Assembly: GCA_024277355.1 (NCBI GenBank)
Contig: JAJRVL010000004.1
Coordinates: 360,001-392,000 of the forward strand
Direction of reading: 5' to 3'
Source: an archaeon
GTDB lineage: Archaea; Iainarchaeota; Iainarchaeia; Iainarchaeales; 1-14-0-10-31-34
Length of the DNA stretch: 32,000 nucleotides
Shown here: positions 1-8,613 of the stretch, in pieces
How positions within the stretch are numbered: position 1 is the first letter of the stretch
How the letters are laid out: every line of letters begins with the position of its first letter
Translations under genes and position numbers: made by a program
Notes under the pieces: generated by a model
What the model was told of the DNA's origin: nothing
What the model saw: only the letters and a program-made list of their open reading frames with translations
Database searches by the model: none

Positions 1-260
1 GGTTTTTTTGCTGAATCAAATAAAACTAAATGCTTGTTGTTTGAAATTAAAGGACTTAATTTATTTTTTATTTTTCCATCAACTCTATCTTTATAAATCC
101 AGTTTTCTTGTTCTTTAAATGAATAAGCAGTTGAATTAACTTTACTCTTAAAAAAAGCAACTGGTTTTTGTTTAATTCTTTTTCTTAATATTTTTTTTGG
201 TTTTTTTAAACGACTTAAATTAAATAAACTTTTTTTTGGTTTTTTAATTTTAGAAGGCAT
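1..260 (-). CDS. Hypothetical protein, very basic N-terminus (MPSKIKKPKKSLFNLSRLKKPKKILRKRIKQ...), truncated by left window edge
   Basis: Open minus-strand frame starting from CAT at 258-260 and running to position 1 with no stop; not in the supplied ORF track because it leaves the window. Confidence 0.6.
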   Translation of the reverse strand, partial: MPSKIKKPKKSLFNLSRLKKPKKILRKRIKQKPVAFFKSKVNSTAYSFKEQENWIYKDRVDGKIKNKLSPLISNNKHLVLFDSAKK

Positions 261-297
261 AAATAAAATACTTTTTAAGAATTATTAAAATTATGCT

Positions 298-1716
298 TTA
301 AAAAAACAAAGGCAGTGCATTTAACAAAAACAAAAATAATATTCCAATTGAAAGAATTTTCATTATTAATTTTTCTTTTTGTGTTTTTTCTGTTTTCCAG
401 AAACCAAAATAAGAAGGAAAAATAACTCTTGCAATTCTTCCTCCATCAAACGGTTCCATTGGCAAAAAATTAATTACTGCAACTAATAAACTTAAAATAA
501 TAAGCCATTTAAAGAAATCAAAAAACAAGTAATACCAAAAAAGATATATTTCTTCTAAAAAAGAATAAGATTTTGAGTTAACTTCTTTTACAGTAAAACC
601 AAACTGTCCAACAGAATTAGGTTTAAGTAAAAATTCTTTTTCTTCTCCGTTTTCTTCAACCAAAAAAGAGAATTCTTCATTTAATTCTTTTCCCTGATAA
701 GCTTTAACAAAATCACCGCTTAACTGGATTTTAACTCCATTTATTTCTTTTATTTTCATTCCTTTTTTTAATACTCCCAAAGCAGGAACATCAAATTTTT
801 CTCCGCAAAAACTTAATTTATCTGAAACAGAAACAATTTCTATTCCTTCAATTGAATTTCTTTTAATTGATTCAATTGAAGGAGAAAAAGCCAAAGACAC
901 TGCAATTAAAATAATAAAAAAAACAGGAATTGAAGCTAAATTAGCCATTGGTCCAGCAGCATAAACCCTTAATTGTTTCATTGGTTCAGCTTTTCTTATT
1001 TCTTTTTCATCTGGTTCAACAAAAGCACCAATTGGAAAAAAACCAAACAACAATAAACCAGAACTTTTAATTTTAAGTTTTTCTTTTCTTGCAGTAATTC
1101 CATGAAATCCTTCATGAATAACTAAAATAATTAACAAAGAAATCCAAGCATGCAATGGAACAACCAAAGGAACATTTGGAATTTCCACTCCAGGAATTAC
1201 CGGTGCAACTCCAGGACAGGCTTTTATTCCTGTTAAAGTTTTAGTTAAAATGTCAACTGCACTTATTACTAAAGAAAAAATTACAAAACCAGCAAAACCA
1301 GTTAAAGCAAAAACAAAACTTAACAAATTTAATCCATAAAAGTTTGTGTAACCTTCAGTAATAAAACTTGAAGAAGAAAAAATTCCAAAAACAAACTCAA
1401 AAACAAAATACAAAACTAAAATTGAAATTATCCATAAACCAAATCTTTTTAGTTTATTTAATTTTTTGCCGTACAAAAAATCTATTCCAATTAAACCAAA
1501 ACCTAAAATTAATCCAAGAGAAGTCAAAAAATTAATTATTTTTTCATGATGAGCAAATTTATCAAATATTGGATTAGCTTTAGTTGTTTTATACATTGAG
1601 CCAATATAATAAGTTTTAGCTGAAGTGAATTTTTTTAATAAAAAAGTAAATATAACTGAAGCAACTAAAAATAATGTTAACCAAAAAAAGAAATTTGAAG
1701 TTAATTCTTCTAACAT
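298..1716 (-). CDS. M50 family (site-2 protease-like) membrane zinc metalloprotease
   Basis: 472 aa, multiple TM segments, HExxH motif in 'LVIHEGFHGITARKEK', PDZ-like insert 'VKKGMKIKEINGVKI', and 'NFLPMEPFDGGRIAR' matching the second S2P metal-ligand motif. Confidence 0.85.
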   Translation of the reverse strand: MLEELTSNFFFWLTLFLVASVIFTFLLKKFTSAKTYYIGSMYKTTKANPIFDKFAHHEKIINFLTSLGLILGFGLIGIDFLYGKKLNKLKRFGLWIISILVLYFVFEFVFGIFSSSSFITEGYTNFYGLNLLSFVFALTGFAGFVIFSLVISAVDILTKTLTGIKACPGVAPVIPGVEIPNVPLVVPLHAWISLLIILVIHEGFHGITARKEKLKIKSSGLLLFGFFPIGAFVEPDEKEIRKAEPMKQLRVYAAGPMANLASIPVFFIILIAVSLAFSPSIESIKRNSIEGIEIVSVSDKLSFCGEKFDVPALGVLKKGMKIKEINGVKIQLSGDFVKAYQGKELNEEFSFLVEENGEEKEFLLKPNSVGQFGFTVKEVNSKSYSFLEEIYLFWYYLFFDFFKWLIILSLLVAVINFLPMEPFDGGRIARVIFPSYFGFWKTEKTQKEKLIMKILSIGILFLFLLNALPLFF

Positions 1717-1892
1717 AAAATCACAAAAAAAAGTATTTAATTAATTCATTTTATTTTCCAAGTTTATTGCTTTTATTTTCCAAGTTTACTGTTTTTTAAT
1801 TTAATTAATTTATTTTATCTATTTATTTTTTTATTTTTTAATTTAATTAATTTTATTTATTCAATTATTTTTTATTTTTTTATTCAATTAAT

Positions 1893-2282
1893 TTATTGTT
1901 CTCTTAAATTTATTTCCAGTTCTTTTTCTATTTTTTTTATTATTTTATCTGATGGAGTAAATTTTTCTGATTCAATTCTATGCAGAACTGAATCTTTTTC
2001 ATATAATTTCATTGCTAATTCTTTTATAGTTAAACCTTTTTTTTGTCTTGACTGCATTATTTTTTTTCCAAAACCATCAATTAATTCAACTGAACTAAAA
2101 CTTGGTTTTGAAGCAAAATTTTGTGTTCTTTGAATTCTTCTTTCATTTCTTTCAGTTCTTTCATCAGGCACTTCAATTTGTTTGCCTAAAGAAGTACAGT
2201 TTTCACAGACATCAAATTGTGTTCCGTCAATTAAAACTGTTTTTGGTTTGTCAATTTCATTCCCGCAAATTTCACAATTCAT
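1893..2282 (-). CDS. Multiprotein bridging factor 1-like protein (N-terminal zinc ribbon + XRE-type HTH)
   Basis: MNCEICGNEIDKPKTVLIDGTQFDVCENC zinc ribbon followed by 'FGKKIMQSRQKKGLTIKELAMKLYEKDSVLHRIESEKFTPSDKIIKKIEKEL'; ATG at 2282 preferred over the track's upstream extension. Confidence 0.85.
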   Translation of the reverse strand: MNCEICGNEIDKPKTVLIDGTQFDVCENCTSLGKQIEVPDERTERNERRIQRTQNFASKPSFSSVELIDGFGKKIMQSRQKKGLTIKELAMKLYEKDSVLHRIESEKFTPSDKIIKKIEKELEINLREQ

Positions 2283-2355
2283 TCTATCATAAAACAATAA
2301 ATCAGTTAGGCTTTTATTGATTGCTTTTATATTAGTTTTTTTAGGAAGAGAGAAT

Positions 2356-3537
2356 ATGGCAGAAGAAAATAACACTATGGTAAGGAAAACTCCAATTTTT
2401 GATATTTATGATTATGTAACTAAATTAGAAGAACAAGTTAGATTACTTCAGACAGAAAAAAATTTAATTAAATCAAAAAACAGTCAAATGGAAATTGAAT
2501 TCCAAAAAATCAGAAAAGAATTAGAAGAAATGAGAAAACCGCCTTTAATTGTTGGAACAATCCAAGAAGTAATTAATGACACTGCAATAGTAAAAAATTC
2601 CAATGGATTAGAATTTTTAGTTGAATTTGAAAAAAAACAAGAAGGAATTAAAGCAGGAAGCAAAGTTGCAATGACTCAAAGAAGCCTTAAAGTAGTTAAA
2701 TTACTTCCGGAAACAAAAGATCCAAGAGCAAAAGCAATGGAAATAATAGAAAAACCAGATGAAAGCTTTGAAACAATAGGAGGCTTAAAAAAAGAAATAA
2801 CTGAATTAGAAGAAGCAGTTACATTGCCTTTAACTTCTCCTGAAAAATTTGAAAAATTAGGAATTGAAGCACCAAGCGGAGTATTACTTTTTGGAGAAAC
2901 CGGAACAGGAAAAACATTATTAGCTAAAGCAATAGCCAATAAAACTAATTCAACGTTCATTAAAATTACTGCATCAGAATTAGTCAGAAAATATATCGGC
3001 GAAGGAGCCGAATTAGTAAGAGATGTATTTAAGTTAGCTGAAGAAAAAAAACCTTCAATTATTTTTATTGATGAATTAGATGCAATTGGAACAACAAGAA
3101 CTGATGACACTTCAGGCGGAGACAGAGAAGTCCAAAGAACTTTAATGCAGTTATTATCTGAAATGGATGGATTCAGAAAAAGAAAAAACATTGCAATAAT
3201 TGCAGCAACAAACAGAATTGACGTAATTGATTCAGCTTTATTAAGGCCAGGAAGATTTGACCGAATGGTTGAAGTTCCTCTGCCAGATGTAAATGAAAGA
3301 GAAGAAATTTTTGCAATTCATTCAGCTTTAATGTCTTTACAAAACGTAAATTTAAGAGAATTAGCTGAATTAACTGAAAGTTCATCAGGAGCAGAAATCA
3401 AAGCCATCTGCATGGAAGCAGGAATTTTAGCTTTAAGAGAAGAAACTGATTTTATTTCACAAGAACACTTTATACAGGCAATAGAAAAAGTTATAGGAAA
3501 AGAAGAAGAAGAAAACGAAGACAAAATGTTTAGTTAG
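2356..3537 (+). CDS. Proteasome-activating nucleotidase (PAN)-like AAA+ ATPase
   Basis: N-terminal coiled coil, OB-like region, Walker A 'GETGTGKT', Walker B 'IIFIDELDAIG', 'SELVRKYIGEGAELVRDVF', 'GGDREVQRTLMQLLSEMDGF', 'ATNRIDVIDSALLRPGRFDR'. ATG at 2356 follows 'aggaagagaga'. Confidence 0.9.
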   Translation: MAEENNTMVRKTPIFDIYDYVTKLEEQVRLLQTEKNLIKSKNSQMEIEFQKIRKELEEMRKPPLIVGTIQEVINDTAIVKNSNGLEFLVEFEKKQEGIKAGSKVAMTQRSLKVVKLLPETKDPRAKAMEIIEKPDESFETIGGLKKEITELEEAVTLPLTSPEKFEKLGIEAPSGVLLFGETGTGKTLLAKAIANKTNSTFIKITASELVRKYIGEGAELVRDVFKLAEEKKPSIIFIDELDAIGTTRTDDTSGGDREVQRTLMQLLSEMDGFRKRKNIAIIAATNRIDVIDSALLRPGRFDRMVEVPLPDVNEREEIFAIHSALMSLQNVNLRELAELTESSSGAEIKAICMEAGILALREETDFISQEHFIQAIEKVIGKEEEENEDKMFS

Positions 3538-3553
3538 CCGGTTCCATTCGGCT
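3536..3553 (+). terminator. Small hairpin directly at the stop codon of the PAN-like gene
   Basis: AGCCG (3536-3540) / CGGCT (3549-3553), 8-nt loop; no clear T tract, so terminator function is uncertain. Confidence 0.3.
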
Positions 3554-3694
3554 GTAACAGTACACAACTTCATTTCATTCAGCTCTGCTGATTATTTTAC
3601 ACACATTCAATATACCCCTCACTGTACATTATCCAATACCTTCAATGCACATTATTTATATAGTTTATTGCACACTTATCATTTAGGTGGTTTT

Positions 3695-3931
3695 ATGAAT
3701 ATTAATTTAGGAATACCTTATGAAGCAATTGTTAGAAAAACCATAGAAAAAGGTTATGCAGGAAACCAAACTGAAGTAATCAGACAGGCTTTGATTGCTT
3801 ATGAAAGACTAATTGAAGAAGAAGAAAAAGAACTCGTTTCAAAGGCAATTAAAATAGAAATGGAAGAAGTAAAAGCAGGCAATATTAAAACAAAATCTTT
3901 TAATGCCATGAAGAAAAAGTTCAAGTGGTAA
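3695..3931 (+). CDS. Ribbon-helix-helix (CopG/ParD-like) antitoxin
   Basis: 78 aa 'MNINLGIPYEAIVRKTIEKGYAGNQTEVIRQALIAYERLIEEEE', typical RHH pattern; 1-nt gap to downstream RelE-like gene; GG(T)GG-like site upstream of ATG 3695. Confidence 0.75.
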   Translation: MNINLGIPYEAIVRKTIEKGYAGNQTEVIRQALIAYERLIEEEEKELVSKAIKIEMEEVKAGNIKTKSFNAMKKKFKW

Positions 3932-3932
3932 A

Positions 3933-4193
3933 ATGGAAATAAAAATTCTTGAAACCGCTGAAAAAGAACTTGAAAAAATAGCAAATCCATTAAACAAGCG
4001 GTTTGGAAAACATATTAAAAAAATTGCTTTAAAAGAAACAAGCAGACACCTGAAACACGGTTTGCCATACTTAGCTGAAAATGTTACAAAGCAAGCAAGA
4101 ATTATTTATTACATTAAAGAAAAAACCATTTATGTAATGCATTGCTTTAAATCACACAAAGAATATGAAAGATGGTACAAATCATATAAATAA
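3933..4193 (+). CDS. RelE/ParE-superfamily toxin
   Basis: 86 aa 'MEIKILETAEKELEKIANPLNKRFGKHIKKIA...GLPYLAENVTKQARIIYYIKEKTIYVMHCFKSHKEYERWYKSYK', typical RelE-like C-terminus, paired with the RHH gene. Confidence 0.75.
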   Translation: MEIKILETAEKELEKIANPLNKRFGKHIKKIALKETSRHLKHGLPYLAENVTKQARIIYYIKEKTIYVMHCFKSHKEYERWYKSYK

Positions 4194-4446
4194 AAAAAAC
4201 TAATTTAATTTTAAATCTAAATTCTAAATAATTCAAAAAATCTAAATTCCAACTAAAAAAATAAACCTAATTCTAAATAAAAATAATTATTTTAATTCTA
4301 AAGACACTTAATTAATTGCAATCTGAAAGATAATTTCTAAAGATATATAATAAATTATAACCTAATAAAATAAATCGATAAAGACTTCTATCAATTATAA
4401 TATTAAAAAATAACTCTAAAGAATTTTATCAATTATAATAAAAGAA

Positions 4447-4486
4447 TGAATTAGGAGGAAAGAAAGAATTGTCTTTCCTCAATTCA
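4447..4486. other. Strong imperfect inverted repeat/hairpin
   Basis: TGAATT-ag-GAGGAAAG / CTTTCCTC-AATTCA: 14 paired positions with a 2-nt bulge and a 10-nt loop. Confidence 0.7.
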
Positions 4487-4539
4487 AGAGAGTTGGTATT
4501 TGAATCTGGAAAAAAAAAATCGAGATAGGCTCACTATAA

Positions 4540-4572
4540 CTTCCAAATCCAATTAACGTATTATATTGGAAG
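4540..4572. other. Inverted repeat CTTCCAA / TTGGAAG
   Basis: CTTCCAA at 4540-4546 and TTGGAAG at 4566-4572; 19-nt spacer. Confidence 0.5.
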
Positions 4573-4587
4573 GCAAGTTATATTTAA

Positions 4588-4606
4588 ACATAACTAATAG
4601 TTATGT
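4588..4606. other. Compact palindrome ACATAACT-aat-AGTTATGT
   Basis: 8-bp perfect arms with a 3-nt centre. Confidence 0.6.
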
Positions 4607-4608
4607 AT

Positions 4609-4666
4609 AAGCTTGTTTGGCTTATATCGTCAAATAACGAAGAAAAACAAATATAAAAACAAGCTT
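4609..4666. other. Inverted repeat AAGCTTGTTT / AAACAAGCTT
   Basis: 10-bp perfect arms at 4609-4618 and 4657-4666. Confidence 0.6.
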
Positions 4667-4739
4667 CAAACATATAAAACATGAAAAAGAAAATTAAAAT
4701 ATTTGAAATTTAAATAAATTAATTAATAGGGGAAAAAAT

Positions 4740-5090
4740 ATGAACAAAAATAATTCAAAGTATTCAATTAAGTTTGTTATAATTGTTTTTTTTGTTGGCT
4801 TATTTTTTGGAGTACTAATGGAATTTACTACTTTTTCACGTAATAACTATCCAATCACTATTTATGCAGCAACACAAGAAAAAAAATTTGAATGGAATCA
4901 AACAATTCAATGTAAATGGCTTGATGAACAACCGCAATATTGTTCTGCTCTTGACTGGAACGAATATTTTCCAATTTATTTTTTTGAAGGAGCTTTGGAA
5001 TCAAAAGGTTGTAGTGGATTAAATTTTGCTAGTAACTTGAATAACAAATATGCTGGCCATACGTTTAAAATTTGCTGGGTTGAAAAATAA
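4740..5090 (+). CDS. Small putative secreted or membrane-anchored protein with four Cys
   Basis: N-terminal hydrophobic segment 'FVIIVFFVGLFFGVLMEF'; purine-rich 'agggg' upstream of ATG; Trp/Cys-rich extracellular-type remainder. Confidence 0.6.
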   Translation: MNKNNSKYSIKFVIIVFFVGLFFGVLMEFTTFSRNNYPITIYAATQEKKFEWNQTIQCKWLDEQPQYCSALDWNEYFPIYFFEGALESKGCSGLNFASNLNNKYAGHTFKICWVEK

Positions 5091-6744
5091 AGACTACTTG
5101 AAAATAAAATATAAATAAGAAAAATATTTTTAAAAAAATAATCAAGGCTTAAAACAAGCAATTATTCAACCAAAAAGTTGATTTTTGTTTAACTTAACTA
5201 ATAAAAAGAAATAAAACACTAAATGCTTTATTTATTAAGGGGGGAAATTAATTGACTGGGAAAATAAATAAGTTAATGATAATTATTTTTGCTTTAATTA
5301 TTTTTACTTCAATTAGTTCTGCTCAAGAAATAAATAACCTGAATATAGAATGGCAAACGCAATATAATGCTAAAATAAATTATATTGATGAAAACACTTA
5401 TGAAATAACATGGAACAATAATCCTTCAAATTCATTTATATCTAACGCATTAAGTGCAGCAAATGCTGATTCAATCTGGGTAAGCACAGCTTTAGGTTGT
5501 GAAGCATATTATTACGATGATGGAAGCGGAACAACTTATTGTGGAAAAGTATGTGGCAAACCTGCTACATGGCGCTGTACTGCAACTGGCAAACCATATA
5601 ATCCAATGGATTTGAAAACATTGTATTTGCAATGTGTGATTCTTGTTCATTTAAACAACAAGTAATAAACAATTATTACAGCAGATGTAATAACCCAACT
5701 TGTTAGGGGAGTTATACTTATTCAAATTTAGTTCTTCAAAATGAAAGCGGTTATTACGCAGCAGATGACTGCAAATACACAAACAGAAATTCCTGCGGAA
5801 GCAATTCTTATTGTTCAACTGGAAGCTGTGAATGTAATGCAGGATACAGCAACTGCAATGGAAACCAAAATGACGGATGTGAAACAAACTTAAATTCAGA
5901 TAATTATAATTGCGGTTCATGCGGAAATTATTGCGGAGCAGGATATCAATGTGTTAGCGGAAGCTGTGTATTACAAGATCCTTGTGCAGGAGTAACCTGC
6001 AATAATTATTGTTCAGGAGAAACACGTTATTTTAGTGGTTATTGTTCTAGCGGAAGCTGTACAGGATACAATACAGAAAACTGCAATGCATATGACAATT
6101 ATGCCTGCAATGGAAACACAAGAGAATACCGAGATTATTATTGTTCATCTAATGGCTGTAATTATTCTGTTTCAAGTTCAATTAACTGTGATTCATTAGA
6201 CAGTTATGGGAACCTTGAATATTATTGTTCAGGCAATGACAGAAGACAACACAGAATATCATATGATTACAGTTGTTCTGGAGCTGACTGCTCTTTAATT
6301 TCCTCTAATTATGTTGACGACCAGTTAACTGAAACATGCACATATGAATGCTTAGGTTCCACTCCAAACGCTTACTGCAACAATGGTTGTTCAGGACAAC
6401 TTAATATTTCAGTTGAAGACAAACAAGGAAGCCTTTTACAAAACGCGTTAGTTTATGTTAATAATTTACTTCAGGGAACAACTGATTTACAAGGAAAATT
6501 TAGTGTTCCTACTTTAAGTAATCAATGCAATGAAATTTTTTCAATTAAAGTTGTTTCAGCTAAAGGAACTGACTGCGGAACAAAAACAACAATAATAAAC
6601 GAAGAATCAGACAAAGACTATATTTATTTTGCCTGCCAAGATCCCTTACCTCAAATAGAATTAGATACAGTTCCTGGAACCTATACTTATGTTTTAAATG
6701 AAATAATTAATTTTTCTGTTACAGCTTTTGATGAATTATCTGAA

Positions 6745-8613
6745 ATGCTTTCAAATGTTGGAATAGGAGTAGAAGACCCGCAACAAAATATTTCTTTCTG
6801 GAGCATTATTGCTTCTTTTCCATGGAATTATTCAAGTACAGCAGTTTCAACCGGCTTAACTGAATTCCAGTTCTCTGCATTCAAACAAGGCTTTGAACCA
6901 GACTACAAAAAAGTTTCAATTCAAATAGAAGACTTACCTTCAATTAAAGTTCAAGTAAAAGATTCACAAAACAATCCAATAGAAAACGCAAAAGTTTTAC
7001 TTGACAACGAATTAATAGGAACAACAAATTCTAATGGAACAAAAAACATTCCAGATTTATTAAAAGGACTTCATTCAATTGAAACACAATGCGCAAACAA
7101 TAAAACCTGCGGAACAAAAACAGTTGTCGCAGTAAGCGGAGAAAATGAAACAAACTTTACATGCAACTGCCGAGGAGATTTGTTAGTTGGGGCATTCACA
7201 GCACAAAATAATCTTCCTTTAGCAAATGCTTATGTCTTCATTGATGACATCAACAAAGGATTAACAAATCCTTCAGGATACCTTTACATAAAAAACAACC
7301 CATACGGATACCGCAACATTACTATCGGAATGAAAACAAAAACAGATGAAAACTCTGACTATGAAATAAGAAGTTCTTCTGTGTTAATTAATTTCATTGA
7401 AAACAAACAAGAAATAATATTCAACGTAGATGTAAATGAAATAACTGTGTTACAAAATTCTAGTGAAGAACAACAGCAAGAAATTCCAACAATAAACAAA
7501 ATAACAAGCCAAGACTTTAGTGAAATAATAGTTCCAGTATTAATATTATTTGGAATAGTTTATTTAAGTATTCAAGAAGCAAACTTCAAAGAAAACTGTG
7601 TTTACCCCTACAAAGAACACGGCAAATGGCCAGCACAACCATGCCAAGAAGAACTATTAACTTTAGAAACTGAATATACAATAGAAGCAGCAACCATAGG
7701 ACTCCCAATAAACAAATATCTTGGAAAATTCGCTGCATATTTTGGAAAAGGAGCAGTACAAACAATAGAAGCATTACCAAAAGGCTCAAAAGCAATTAAA
7801 TACCTTGGCAGAATTACCAAACTCATTGACAGCAAAAGAAACACATATTTACTAAAACTAAACAGAGGAATTGGCTTCAAAATAATAAACATTGGGGAAG
7901 AACTAATACAAACAGCAAACTCAATAAAAAATCCAATTATAAGACAAAAAATTGAAGAAACTGGAAACTTTATTTTTAAAATGGGGGCAAGAAATATTGG
8001 GAAAGAAGAATTCTTTTTGTATAGCAGTAAAGGAGGTAAAGATGCAGTACTAGGAGATTTAGGAGAAATATTTGGCAGACAATTAAACAATGATCTTGCA
8101 AACCAAGGAGTAGGAAGAGTTGTAAGCCAAGCAGATACTATAGACGGGCACACATTAGGAACTGTGATTTATAGAGATACAGAAGGAGTTATTAGAGAAG
8201 TTACTATCTCATTAAAAAGCAATCTTAGAAGTGTTCAATTTAAATCAGGTTTTGATAACATTGGGGAAATAGACGACCTTTTTTATTTTAGGGACGATTT
8301 AGGAACAGTTTGGCTCGACGCAAAAACAAAAAATAGTGCTTATAATATAGCTGAAGATATAGAAAAACAAGCACTAAGAAATAATCAGATACTAGAATCA
8401 CTTACAGGCAAACCTAGTCAAGGAATAATTACTGTGCCAAAAGGGACTTTATCAGAACCATTTATTTGGGGAAATAAAGGAGTAACAGTCACTTTAAAAG
8501 ACTTGGAACAAAAATATGGAGTAAGGTTTATTGAAATGGAGAATAACTATGTTGAATTAAATGAATGGTCAAACCAAATATTTAGGCTATTAGAAGGTGG
8601 AATATATGGATGA
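6745..8613 (+). CDS. Intact 622-aa ATG-initiated part of the above: beta-sandwich-like repeats, TM 'EIIVPVLILFGIVYLSI', possible nuclease or toxin-like C-terminal domain
   Basis: Track ORF; 'GDLGEIFGRQLNNDLANQGVG...GVIREVTISLKSNLRS' within the post-TM region is followed by a translationally coupled gene. Confidence 0.6.
   Translation: MLSNVGIGVEDPQQNISFWSIIASFPWNYSSTAVSTGLTEFQFSAFKQGFEPDYKKVSIQIEDLPSIKVQVKDSQNNPIENAKVLLDNELIGTTNSNGTKNIPDLLKGLHSIETQCANNKTCGTKTVVAVSGENETNFTCNCRGDLLVGAFTAQNNLPLANAYVFIDDINKGLTNPSGYLYIKNNPYGYRNITIGMKTKTDENSDYEIRSSSVLINFIENKQEIIFNVDVNEITVLQNSSEEQQQEIPTINKITSQDFSEIIVPVLILFGIVYLSIQEANFKENCVYPYKEHGKWPAQPCQEELLTLETEYTIEAATIGLPINKYLGKFAAYFGKGAVQTIEALPKGSKAIKYLGRITKLIDSKRNTYLLKLNRGIGFKIINIGEELIQTANSIKNPIIRQKIEETGNFIFKMGARNIGKEEFFLYSSKGGKDAVLGDLGEIFGRQLNNDLANQGVGRVVSQADTIDGHTLGTVIYRDTEGVIREVTISLKSNLRSVQFKSGFDNIGEIDDLFYFRDDLGTVWLDAKTKNSAYNIAEDIEKQALRNNQILESLTGKPSQGIITVPKGTLSEPFIWGNKGVTVTLKDLEQKYGVRFIEMENNYVELNEWSNQIFRLLEGGIYG
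6891..6912 (+). repeat. Copy 1 of 22-nt repeat ctttgaaccagactacaaaaaa (encodes FEPDYKK)
   Basis: Exact match to 9687-9708. Confidence 0.8.

Larger units (their letters stand above)
5252..8613 (+). pseudogene. Disrupted large secreted protein: signal peptide, Cys-rich region, Ig/carboxypeptidase-regulatory-like repeats, TM segment, uncharacterised C-terminal domain
   Basis: Frame 2 encodes 'MTGKINKLMIIIFALIIFTSISSAQEINN...' and stops at 5663-5665. Frame 1 is open from 5707 to 8613 with Cys-rich coding (NCNGNQNDGCETNLNSDNYNCGSCGNYC...), and I found no ATG in it before 6745. A frame change plus the frame-1 TAG at 5704 separate the two parts. Confidence 0.65.

Noticed and set aside
2102-3524. 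Track ORFs 2102..2320 (+), 2676..3191 (-), 3173..3385 (-) and 3318..3524 (-)
   Set aside because: Antisense or shadow frames of the MBF1-like and PAN-like genes; hydrophobic/low-complexity translations typical of the complement of AT-rich coding DNA.
3799-3990. Minus-strand ORF 3799..3990
   Set aside because: Fully antisense to the RHH/RelE-type pair, which has much stronger family evidence.
4976-5161. Minus-strand ORF 4976..5161
   Set aside because: Mostly antisense to the small secreted-protein gene; no family features.
5651-5920. Minus-strand ORF 5651..5920 with many Cys/His
   Set aside because: Its Cys/His content looks like the complement of the Cys/Asn-rich plus-strand coding; the plus frame has a coherent repeat motif.
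7586-8153. ORFs 7586..7795 (-) and 7608..8153 (-)
   Set aside because: Antisense to the intact 622-aa ORF; Leu/Phe-rich shadow translations.
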